Source: a virus. Taken from it: a DNA stretch of 64,000 nt. The stretch's first letter is position 1. Each line of letters opens with the position of its first letter. Position numbers and translations under genes: made by a program. This document shows positions 37,984 through 45,682 of this stretch, piece after piece. The notes beneath the pieces are model-generated. The model searched no databases. It was given only the letters and a program-made list of their open reading frames with translations, and was not told the DNA's origin. The DNA is taken from IMG/VR virus record IMGVR_UViG_3300045988_081755; one strand, given 5' to 3'.

Positions 37984-38019
37984 GAGCCAAGCAGTCTCCC
38001 TGTCGCAAGCAGCCGTCGT
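37984..38019 (+). repeat. crossover-site copy C
   Basis: GAGCCAAGCAGTCTCCCTGTCGCAAGCAGCCGTCGT, an inverted repeat of 36619-36654. Sequence on both sides is unrelated. Confidence 0.7.
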
Positions 38020-38380
38020 AATAACCTATAAATATAGAATTGCACCTGAATTGATTACAGTTTCTAATTCGCAACATGGTTCTGTGACGAAAACTGTTCT
38101 GATGTATAAAGAGCGTTATGTGAATGGGGTTAAAGATGGTGAAGAGCAAATTGAATACTCTTTACTTGACCAAAATGGAAGTTATTCCCCTGTTCCTTCT
38201 ACCACATACACAAATGTTTGGGGAGGAACTTGGACAATTGAAAAGACAGGGAATTCTTTAAGGGTAACGACAATTTCAGGAGGAAGCAATTCTTCTGGTG
38301 GAATCACTGGTGTGAAATTAATGCCTGGAACCAGTTATGCTGGGACAATAAATACCGATTTAAATTTGGGTCGTCCATAA
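37985..38380 (+). other. silent alternative C-terminal cassette C for gene 36303..37391
   Basis: The frame is open from the TAG at 37982-37984. There is no ATG (track start is the TTG at 38051). Begins SQAVSLSQAAVV, encoded by a 36-nt inverted copy of 36619-36654. Followed by hairpin 38393-38417. Confidence 0.6.
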
Positions 38381-38392
38381 TTTCAAATAAAA

Positions 38393-38417
38393 AGAGCGGA
38401 GTTTTCGGCTCCGCTCT
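38393..38417. terminator. hairpin between cassette C and gene 38468..38743
   Basis: AGAGCGGAG-ttttcgg-CTCCGCTCT. There is a T-run on the minus-strand side (TTTTATTT). Confidence 0.55.
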
Positions 38418-38467
38418 TCCCTGTCGTCAAACAATAAATCAAAATATGAAAACACAACAAAGAGAAT

Positions 38468-38743
38468 TCATTTTCCTCTGATGATAGTAGTATAACGGTC
38501 ATAGATGGCATCCCAGTTCTTTTCGACAAGTTTGCATTTCTGTGTGAAAGACTTATCGTTGAAAGTGTTGATGTTTTGAAAGACTCCGGCTTTCAGTTCC
38601 GGATGCCACATCTTTAGAAAGATACCCTGTTCACTGATGAAGCCTATTTCCTCACCCTTGTAAACTAACTGTGCATATTCTGACGTGGGCATTCCGGCTC
38701 CACCCTTTACCGTTACTCGATTTATTTCAATAGGTGCTATCAT
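38468..38743 (-). CDS. hypothetical protein
   Basis: 91-aa ORF. Its ATG overlaps an upstream stop as ATGA. Confidence 0.6.
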   Translation of the reverse strand: MIAPIEINRVTVKGGAGMPTSEYAQLVYKGEEIGFISEQGIFLKMWHPELKAGVFQNINTFNDKSFTQKCKLVEKNWDAIYDRYTTIIRGK

Positions 38744-39032
38744 GATTCCTTTTCTTTAAGTTGTGATTTGATTCGAAGATTGTAGTTATCCCATATCAAT
38801 TGAGCGTGTTCCTTGACCCAGTTTACTGCATACCTGTGGTCTTGGGGTTCTTTTAGTCTCAAATAAACAGGTTTGGGGTACAGTACAGGCACAGTGATGA
38901 ATTTCCTGTAACGGACATGATTGATTCTCCTTTGTAGAAAATCTGTGAACTTCTTTGTTCACCGCAAGCACGCTGAAGTTTTGACGGCTTCCCACCTCTC
39001 TTTGATGTAAACTTTATCTTTGCCATAATCAT
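38740..39032 (-). CDS. unresolved coding region (possible -1 frameshifted gene)
   Basis: An ATG-initiated frame (39032 down to the TGA at 38859-38861, 57 aa) and a second frame with no ATG that ends in an ATGA overlap with the next gene. The heptamer C-CCA-AAC (38871-38877) links the two frames. Confidence 0.35.
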
Positions 39033-39035
39033 TAA

Positions 39036-39356
39036 TTATTTAGAAGTGGACCATTCAGGAGCTGTCTGACCGTAACATTCACAGGCTTGAACGATGCTCT
39101 TATTGAGAGCCTCCCGATGTATAGATATAAACTTATTCAGGTTATCAACTGATTCCTTTAAGAGACGTATTTGATAGTCCGCAGAGTCCTTTTCAGATGT
39201 ACAGGCTGTCGGGATATCTTCTCTCGCTTCGTACAGTTCATCAAGTAAAGATTTCAGTTCTTTGACTTGGCTTTCCATACCGCATAAAGTTTGATTCGTT
39301 ACTTCCCAAGAATCTTTATAGGAAGAACCACTTTTGAATGTTAGTTGATGTTTCAT
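39036..39356 (-). CDS. hypothetical protein
   Basis: 106-aa ORF with its own promoter cassette at 39384-39438. Confidence 0.65.
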   Translation of the reverse strand: MKHQLTFKSGSSYKDSWEVTNQTLCGMESQVKELKSLLDELYEAREDIPTACTSEKDSADYQIRLLKESVDNLNKFISIHREALNKSIVQACECYGQTAPEWSTSK

Positions 39357-39383
39357 GACTATCGATGTTTAAATTTGACAGTA

Positions 39384-39438
39384 CAAAGATAGTGGAAAGA
39401 AATGAGACTGCAAAGAAAATCCCGGAATTTCTTCCGGG
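39384..39438 (-). promoter_or_regulatory. terminator hairpin + promoter cassette
   Basis: Hairpin CCCGGAA-gaaa-TTCCGGG (39421-39438), TTTG (39411-39414), 19-nt spacer, TATCTTTG (39384-39391). 45 bp (39406-39450) are identical to 44082-44126. Confidence 0.7.
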
Positions 39439-39460
39439 AAATCTTTGAGAGGATTGATTT

Positions 39461-40128
39461 TTATGTGAAATCGAACTCGGCTACACAAACATATTCTCCC
39501 TGATACTGAGGGTCTCCAAGATATAATCGAATGTACTGAAGAGCGTGTGAAGCGGGAGTGAATTGCTTTCCGGCAGACATTCTAAAATAATGTGCAGTAA
39601 AGCCAGGAATTCCAGGGTTCTCGGGGTCACTTTGAACTTTGTCATAATATGACTTGGTTCCAGCTCCAGGAATATCTTTATACAAAGTTTCCATGTAAAC
39701 GCCATTATTAAATGGCTCCTCCCATATATTTTCGATACTGTCTGAAAGCAATAACGCTCCTCTTGTTACCCAATAAGTATCGGACATTTCAGACACGGAA
39801 GGAATCTGTGCATTCATTTTAACTGAAAGATATGAAACTTCTCTTTCGTAACCATTGTCGTTTATTTCTGACTTTACAGAAAAACCCGTTGCGTTGAACG
39901 AAAAAGTAACATTTCCATTCCATTTATCAGCAATTGAAGTTAAACCCACAACGGGCATGAGCGGAATTCCGTTTTGGTCAACGGTTACAAGGCGAGATAC
40001 CCCCCCCAGCGGAGAAGTTCAAAGTTGTGGAGCGAGCAGAAAAGGTTGGATTTGGGTCAGCAGATACGCTTACTTGAGCCGTACCCCCCCCCCGAATCGG
40101 GAGTGATTGTAAGAAAATCTTTTTTCAT
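39461..40128 (-). CDS. BACON-like paralog interrupted by two poly-G tracts (phase-variable candidate, out of frame as assembled)
   Basis: The ATG at 40128 gives MKKDFLTITPDSGGG, then a stop. With G9 instead of G10 the frame reads GTAQVSVSADPNPTFSARSTTLNFSAGGG. With G7 instead of G8 at the second tract it joins track ORF 39461..39958. Confidence 0.6.
40010..40017 (-). repeat. poly-G tract (G8 on coding strand), second tract of gene 39461..40128
   Basis: Run of 8 C on the plus strand. In-frame lengths would be 7 or 10. Confidence 0.95.
40084..40093 (-). repeat. poly-G tract (G10 on coding strand), codons 12-15 of gene 39461..40128
   Basis: Run of 10 C on the plus strand. In-frame lengths would be 9, 6 or 12. 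Confidence 0.95.
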
Positions 40129-40140
40129 GATTCTTTAATT
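40086..40140 (-). repeat. 55-nt identical 5' end shared with 63946-64000
   Basis: CCCCCCCCGAATCGGGAGTGATTGTAAGAAAATCTTTTTTCATGATTCTTTAATT occurs at both loci. It covers 12 nt upstream of the ATG, codons 1-12 and the start of the G tract. Identity ends at the tract. Confidence 0.95.
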
Positions 40141-40254
40141 TTAAATTCAACGAAATTATTTATGCTATTGACGTCAATTATAGCCGATTTAAGAGGTTAA
40201 AAGTATGCCCCGAACAAATTATCCGGAGCACACCTTTGATTATCGCTTAGAGCC

Positions 40255-41526
40255 TTATAAGACGACCGCAAGGCTTGATACCACGTCCTCGAAGTATTTA
40301 ATATCTTGGATGTGAACTTCACCCTTGATATATTTCTGAAGACGTTGGTGAATATCCGCAGCCGACGGAATCATCATTATAGGAGATGTTACAGGTGCGG
40401 AAGCAATTACCACACAGGAATGTTCTCGGATACGCTGTTCCTTTTCGTTTTCCGTAACCGTATAAGTTACGAGAAAATGGGGAGTTTCCATATCGTCAGA
40501 ATTGAGTTCCTTCATGTATTCTTTCGGCTGATGGTTTTCAGCTCCGTTCAGATATGAAAGATATTCCCAGTAAATAGGAAGCATTTCATATTCCCCAAAC
40601 ATGAAGTTCTGAACCATCTTCATCAGATAACGTTCAGCCTCTTTGTCGGTAAAACCTTTCTGAATGGGGAACTCATTGATGTACATGAACGATTTTCGCT
40701 TTGTCTCGTCAGAGTTCACCGGAGTAACCAACACAGCGATACGAGCCATACACAGGTCAGAAGTCGGGTCGGACTCTTTTACGATACGATATCCAGGAAT
40801 AGGACAGTCATCGAAGTCACGAGTGTCTTCAGGGGTGTCGGGGTTATCCAGTTCACCGATTGCGCTTAGAACCTGTTTCCCACGAACCAAAGCTGGAATC
40901 CATGCTGTACGGTCTTCGTTATCGTCACTTGTGCGTGCCCAAATCATCTTTTCTTCAGGAGCTTTTTCCTCTGGTGTGAATAGGTTGCCCTCAGGAGTCT
41001 TGACGTACCGTTCAATCTCTTTATCGGTCATGCCCTGTGGGTCGAGTTCGTGAACCAATGTAACTCCTAACAATTCCCAGCCCATACCGTCCGGCTCTGC
41101 GTTTATGGCTTTCTTGAAGTCCTGAATCAGGTTGTCCGTGAGCAATGCGGGTGCGGGTAACAAGTAGGATTTTTGAATGATACGTGTACCGAATTGACCT
41201 ACCTTTCCGAACTTGCCTTCGTAAATGTAAATCTTCTTCCCGTCAAGAGACTGGGGTTGATACGGCTTTGCGCCTGACAATTTCTTCGAACGGCATGCCT
41301 GACATTCATCATCGCAAGCGGTTGAGGTGAAGCAATAGTTCGGATACTGTTTAGATGTGGAAACAGCATGAAGAGGTGTGCCCCCTACATGACCAATCTT
41401 AAGATACGACAAGCAAAGGTCATACATCAAGTCGGCATCGGTTTCCTCTGTAACGTTTACAGGCATTTGAAACTTCTGCGGTCTGCCGTCTGGGTCGGCA
41501 TAGATAAAATTATAAACTACTTTCAT
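40255..41526 (-). CDS. hypothetical protein (423 aa)
   Basis: Track start is 41583. The internal ATG at 41526 (MKVVYNFIYADPDG) avoids overlap with the upstream gene. Contains a Cys cluster CDDECQACRSKK. Confidence 0.6.
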   Translation of the reverse strand: MKVVYNFIYADPDGRPQKFQMPVNVTEETDADLMYDLCLSYLKIGHVGGTPLHAVSTSKQYPNYCFTSTACDDECQACRSKKLSGAKPYQPQSLDGKKIYIYEGKFGKVGQFGTRIIQKSYLLPAPALLTDNLIQDFKKAINAEPDGMGWELLGVTLVHELDPQGMTDKEIERYVKTPEGNLFTPEEKAPEEKMIWARTSDDNEDRTAWIPALVRGKQVLSAIGELDNPDTPEDTRDFDDCPIPGYRIVKESDPTSDLCMARIAVLVTPVNSDETKRKSFMYINEFPIQKGFTDKEAERYLMKMVQNFMFGEYEMLPIYWEYLSYLNGAENHQPKEYMKELNSDDMETPHFLVTYTVTENEKEQRIREHSCVVIASAPVTSPIMMIPSAADIHQRLQKYIKGEVHIQDIKYFEDVVSSLAVVL

Positions 41527-41551
41527 AATCGGAAATGAATTTAGGATGTTG

Positions 41552-41956
41552 TTAAATTTGGATTGAATAAACCGGAGTATCAAACATCGATACTTTTCCG
41601 GGAACGAGTTTCTTTTGTTTCATGTCAGGAACTTGAAACATAACGGGAGTCGCATGATGTTCCGGAACGTGTTTAAAACGTTCGAAATACAACTCAATGG
41701 CATTGAGAGTTGTGATGGCTGAGACTTGTGCCATTTCAGCCTCCTCTTTTGAGCCGTACAGGGAAGAAAACAGCCTTTCGCCTGTAACTAATAAGATGGA
41801 GAAGCGAAACTTTCCCTTGGGAGATGTTAGAGCGTTCACCTGACTGACCTCTTTGATATTTTCAATTCGGTAGGCTTTCTGAACCTCAACGAGCTCGTCT
41901 CGCTTGGCAGCAGCTTCTTCGATTGGGGTGACCCATGATTTAATGAATATAAGCAT
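41552..41956 (-). CDS. hypothetical protein
   Basis: 134-aa co-directional ORF. Confidence 0.6.
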   Translation of the reverse strand: MLIFIKSWVTPIEEAAAKRDELVEVQKAYRIENIKEVSQVNALTSPKGKFRFSILLVTGERLFSSLYGSKEEAEMAQVSAITTLNAIELYFERFKHVPEHHATPVMFQVPDMKQKKLVPGKVSMFDTPVYSIQI

Positions 41957-41988
41957 AATCTTCGATTTTAAATTACAATGAAATAACG

Positions 41989-42345
41989 CTATTCGACAGG
42001 ACTGTCACCAGTAATCTCATAAATATTTCCATCCACCTGTTTGTAAGGAGTGAGGTCATCCGTTACCTGTATGAGTTCACACGGCTTGTCGTTGAAATAC
42101 ACAGCTTTCGTAGACCAATCTTCCAAGTTTCTGATGTAGATGTAAGCCACGATATCCTTACTGATATACCACTGGATTTTGCATACAAAATCTTTGTGAT
42201 GATTGAAGAAATGATACCACGTTACAATGTTCCAGAACAGTTCTTCCTCACCAGCGTCTTTGAAAGACACGTATTGAGCAGGGAAGATGAGGTGGCTGTA
42301 CCACCACCTCATGAACCACCCCAATTTATTCTTCCGTTTTTGCAT
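41989..42345 (-). CDS. hypothetical protein
   Basis: 118-aa co-directional ORF, overlaps the upstream gene by 20 nt. Confidence 0.55.
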   Translation of the reverse strand: MQKRKNKLGWFMRWWYSHLIFPAQYVSFKDAGEEELFWNIVTWYHFFNHHKDFVCKIQWYISKDIVAYIYIRNLEDWSTKAVYFNDKPCELIQVTDDLTPYKQVDGNIYEITGDSPVE

Positions 42346-42958
42346 TCTTGAGAGTTTCTTTTAAATCAGGTTTCAATGTCGCACGAATATTTTCGATAGT
42401 GTCACACAGGTTCGACGCTGGTTTCTTAGCATCGTCGTTCTTTTCATTCCAATCAGCCGTAATGATGTCCATATAGATGAGATACGCTTCCGGAAACTCT
42501 TCCTGAAGTCTGGCTGGTGTGAACCGTGTTTGTTTCATCAGGCACTTCAGACGCTTTTCCATGTGGTAGCGTTCTTTCTCTTCTTTGAGATACTCCTGAA
42601 CCAAAAGAGCGATTTCATCATTGTCCTTGAGTTTACCAACATACGATTCGACCTTTTCATCCTCATAAGGTATTTCACAGGAAAATTTCAGGTGAATGTA
42701 GATAGTACGGCTTCCCCAATCTTCCGGGAACCATCCCTTCGGAAAGTTATAGGAGGAGAGCGTCGCTTCGTTACAGCGGAGGAAGAACTTCTTATGTGCT
42801 TTGAAACAAGCCAGAACGTCCTCAGGTGTCTTTCCGATAAACCGTTTCTCGATAGCTTCATTGAGCTTTTCCTGGAGAGCGTCGAGCTTCTCTTTGTAGT
42901 TCAAATTTGCCAACCGTGTGGCAATCGTCAATCTGGTGTCTTCTGCAATTACTGCCAT
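42326..42958 (-). CDS. hypothetical protein
   Basis: 210-aa co-directional ORF. Confidence 0.6.
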   Translation of the reverse strand: MAVIAEDTRLTIATRLANLNYKEKLDALQEKLNEAIEKRFIGKTPEDVLACFKAHKKFFLRCNEATLSSYNFPKGWFPEDWGSRTIYIHLKFSCEIPYEDEKVESYVGKLKDNDEIALLVQEYLKEEKERYHMEKRLKCLMKQTRFTPARLQEEFPEAYLIYMDIITADWNEKNDDAKKPASNLCDTIENIRATLKPDLKETLKNAKTEE

Positions 42959-42964
42959 GTCGTT

Positions 42965-43729
42965 CTACTTTTTAGGGTTCATATTCAAAATCTTTGCTTT
43001 CGGTTGTGGCTCTGGACGCTGTTCAGGTTCTTTCGGGCATTCCCACAGTTGAGGAACATAGGTGAAGCGAGCCTTCGGGTCGGGCGAAGCCTGTTGCAAG
43101 AAAGCCACTTTCTCCATCGCCTCGCTCTCTTTGAGAGCCTCTAAGAGATTATCGTCCGTGTCCTTAACAACTTCACCAGAGTGCATATCAATCACCTTAA
43201 ACAGAGGCTCAGGGAGCTCCATGTTAGTGAACTCTGTAACGTCGAGATAATCACAGCCAAAGTTCTCAGCCGTTTTCAGGTCGCTGTCGCTGAACTGTCC
43301 TTCCAGACCAGAGGCGTCACCTATCATTAGGCACTCTTCCTTGCTGATTTCCAACCCTGTATTCTCACAGAATTCTTTCAGCATATTCTCAAGCATTCCT
43401 GGGTTCGGTTTACGGTCAGGACATTCCTTAGCATTGTAGGGACAGAACTGCCCAGCGACAAGTGTATTCAAGCCGATGAACGACTGAAGAGATGCGATGA
43501 CGTAAATGAATTTCGGTTGAAACATAGCTGGGTGAACATGACCCATTTCAATTCCACCCTGATTAGATACGATGAGAACAGCCTGTGGATGAAGTTTCTT
43601 GAGCTGCGCAAAAACCTCCATTTTCAGTTTCATGTCCCAGACTCCTTCCGGGAACGTTTTTCCGGATTCGGTATCGATGAGCGTACCGTCCAAGTCGATG
43701 AAGATAACTTTCTTCTTTGTAATGTCCAT
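42965..43729 (-). CDS. HAD-superfamily phosphatase, polynucleotide 3'-phosphatase-like
   Basis: 254 aa. Motif I FIDLDGTLI, motif II VSNQGG, motif III RKPNPGM, motif IV IGDASGLEGQFSDSDLKTAENFGCDY, as in DNA 3'-phosphatase-type HAD enzymes. Pro/Glu-rich tail. Confidence 0.7.
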   Translation of the reverse strand: MDITKKKVIFIDLDGTLIDTESGKTFPEGVWDMKLKMEVFAQLKKLHPQAVLIVSNQGGIEMGHVHPAMFQPKFIYVIASLQSFIGLNTLVAGQFCPYNAKECPDRKPNPGMLENMLKEFCENTGLEISKEECLMIGDASGLEGQFSDSDLKTAENFGCDYLDVTEFTNMELPEPLFKVIDMHSGEVVKDTDDNLLEALKESEAMEKVAFLQQASPDPKARFTYVPQLWECPKEPEQRPEPQPKAKILNMNPKK

Positions 43730-43784
43730 AATCTTGTTTTAAAAAATGTTACTGATAAATATACGTGAAATCCAAGGAGTTCGA

Positions 43785-44024
43785 TTAGAACTCCACGAAT
43801 ATTAATCTAAATTTGCTTCCAGGTTCGCAAACCCACATATGGGATGAACCAAACCCGAAGGAGAAATAACGGTTCAAAGATGGGTGGCGTTCCTGAAGAA
43901 TTTTCATACAGTAACGAAGTCCGTCTTCTGTTTCAGAAGAAGTGATGTTGTTTAGGATTTCAGCGAAAATTTCAACTGATTTACTTTCCATGTTTAGGAG
44001 AACTGATTCAACTGTTGCTTTCAT
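43785..44024 (-). CDS. hypothetical protein
   Basis: 79-aa ORF with a promoter cassette at 44060-44114. Confidence 0.6.
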   Translation of the reverse strand: MKATVESVLLNMESKSVEIFAEILNNITSSETEDGLRYCMKILQERHPSLNRYFSFGFGSSHMWVCEPGSKFRLIFVEF

Positions 44025-44059
44025 GACTTTACTGTTTTTTTTTTAATTGATTTACACAA

Positions 44060-44114
44060 CAAAGGTAATGGATTCTCAGAAGACTGCAAAGAAAATCCCG
44101 GAATTTCTTCCGGG
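44060..44114 (-). promoter_or_regulatory. terminator hairpin + promoter cassette
   Basis: Same hairpin (44097-44114), TTTG (44087-44090), 19-nt spacer, TACCTTTG (44060-44067), ATG at 44024. Confidence 0.7.
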
Positions 44115-44156
44115 AAATCTTTGAGAATGTCTAAAATTAGTTCCCTTATAATACGT

Positions 44157-44465
44157 TTACTTTCTCCGTCGATGGGTTTTCTTCGTCTTGTTTTTCTTCC
44201 TGTCTTTCCGGATTCTTTCTTCATTACGACCATGTTTCGAGCCACCTTTACCCATTCGTGGTAGGTCGTAGAGAGTAATGTCAGGAATATCAGGTCGAGG
44301 ATAAATCGTGTACACCTGTTCAGGGATACGGGTTGGCTCGTACTCTTCTTTCTTTATATCCTCTACTCTGACAAGTTCAACGTCATGTTCCTGAGCCATT
44401 CTTATAGCTGCTTCCGGAATAGCTCCGGCTCTTCCAACGATTATTCCAATGCGTTTTCCTTCCAT
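44157..44465 (-). CDS. hypothetical protein with very basic C-terminus
   Basis: 102 aa, 1-nt overlap with the upstream gene. Confidence 0.55.
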   Translation of the reverse strand: MEGKRIGIIVGRAGAIPEAAIRMAQEHDVELVRVEDIKKEEYEPTRIPEQVYTIYPRPDIPDITLYDLPRMGKGGSKHGRNEERIRKDRKKNKTKKTHRRRK

Positions 44466-44959
44466 CAGTATCTCCTTTCTTCTCCGATGATTAATAGAAG
44501 ACCGTCCTTCATGTCCTCGACAATAAAATAACCGCCTCTAATCTTATCAGCACCCGTCATGTAGGAAAGAACCAAGCCTCTCTCAAGTGCGAGCGAGCGG
44601 ATACGTTCACACATCTTCTGGGGAATTGTACTATCCTCGCTGTTTGTAATCGTTATGAGAACCGCAGCACCCTCCTTGCGGTCGTAGCCTGTAATCAAGT
44701 AGTTCGTACCGTCATCAAGATGAGCATCCGCACAATACAGTATCTCCCCAGCCAGCTCTGATGTTCGGGGTTCAAGTCCTGTGGCTTGAGACAGGTTCAG
44801 GATAGAACTTTCAAGATTTTGAGAGGAGCGTTCAGCCATACGTTCTGAAAATTCTATCATAGACTTCACTGAAAGTTCTACGAGTGTGTCCTGATTAACA
44901 CGTTTCCCACAGCCTGTAAGTAGGAGCAGGAAGATTGAAATGGTTGCTAACTGTTTCAT
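44465..44959 (-). CDS. lipoprotein
   Basis: 164 aa. MKQLATISIFLLLLTGCGK is a signal peptide with lipobox. Confidence 0.7.
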   Translation of the reverse strand: MKQLATISIFLLLLTGCGKRVNQDTLVELSVKSMIEFSERMAERSSQNLESSILNLSQATGLEPRTSELAGEILYCADAHLDDGTNYLITGYDRKEGAAVLITITNSEDSTIPQKMCERIRSLALERGLVLSYMTGADKIRGGYFIVEDMKDGLLLIIGEERRY

Positions 44960-45345
44960 AATCTATAAATTTCTTCGTTCATCATGTGCCTGTCAAAAGG
45001 ACTGGCGTCTAATTTCACGTTCGCTCTATCATACTGTCGTAGGAAACGAGCGATTTCCATCATGTCTCGGTTTCCGAGGTCGATGAATTTAATGTAGTCG
45101 GTCTTCGTACCCTGTAAAGATACGACCGCCCATGAGCCTGAACGATGATGAACATCAACTGAAACATCAATGTTCCCCATCAGTTTTCGGATACGTTCCG
45201 CATGAACCTCAGCTTCCTGAGTCGCACACTTTTGCCTGTGGATTAATCCCTTTAAATCCGATTCCAATTTATTCATTCTTTCGAAGTCCTCTTTGAACAA
45301 CCAAAAGAACAATTTACGAAGCCACTGTCGAATTAACTTTTTCAT
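44956..45345 (-). CDS. hypothetical protein with N-terminal hydrophobic segment
   Basis: Track start is 45429. I prefer the ATG at 45345 (MKKLIRQWLRKLFFWLF..., 129 aa). Confidence 0.5.
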   Translation of the reverse strand: MKKLIRQWLRKLFFWLFKEDFERMNKLESDLKGLIHRQKCATQEAEVHAERIRKLMGNIDVSVDVHHRSGSWAVVSLQGTKTDYIKFIDLGNRDMMEIARFLRQYDRANVKLDASPFDRHMMNEEIYRL

Positions 45346-45682
45346 TTTGTTTTTCTTTATTAGTTGCTTTCTTTGGTTGCTCTTCAGGATAGTGAAGCTC
45401 TTTCTCAATTGATTTACTTTCGTAATCAATGAATTCTTTCTTCTTCCGAAGGCTCATTTCCATAGCCTGTTGAATAGCTGGGCGAACGAACTTGTCAAAG
45501 GCTTCCCCGTCAAGGAAGGCTTCGAATCCGTGGTTGCCACCAAGCGTCGTAATGTTTACGAAACAACCGCTTCCCATCAGGGAGCCACGCTTCCAGTCTT
45601 TCTTCCAAGCTCTCAACTTGGCGAGTAGCGAAGCCGTCGTTTGGGCTGTCGTTTCTTTGAGTTTCCTTTCAAATTTATTCAT
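45314..45682 (-). CDS. hypothetical protein
   Basis: 122-aa ORF, 8-nt overlap with the upstream gene. Confidence 0.55.
   Translation of the reverse strand: MNKFERKLKETTAQTTASLLAKLRAWKKDWKRGSLMGSGCFVNITTLGGNHGFEAFLDGEAFDKFVRPAIQQAMEMSLRKKKEFIDYESKSIEKELHYPEEQPKKATNKEKQNEKVNSTVAS

Noticed and set aside
36619-38019. Diversity-generating retroelement (template/variable repeat) as the explanation for the repeated segments
   Set aside because: There is no reverse transcriptase in the window. The repeat copies are short and in-frame at a domain junction, and the mismatches are not adenine-specific.
38410-38430. Possible fourth crossover site (CTTCCCTGTCGTCAAAC)
   Set aside because: Only about 11 of the 18 core positions match. 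It overlaps a terminator stem and is not followed by an open cassette.
38786-38995. 69-aa ORF from the track (GTG start)
   Set aside because: It is the least protein-like of three overlapping frames (Cys/His/Gln-rich) and is not coupled to its neighbours. See the finding on 38740..39032.
44021-44245. 74-aa minus-strand ORF
   Set aside because: It spans the terminator-promoter cassette at 44060-44114 and overlaps the 3' end of 44157..44465 in another frame. The cassette is nearly identical to a non-coding copy at 39384-39450.
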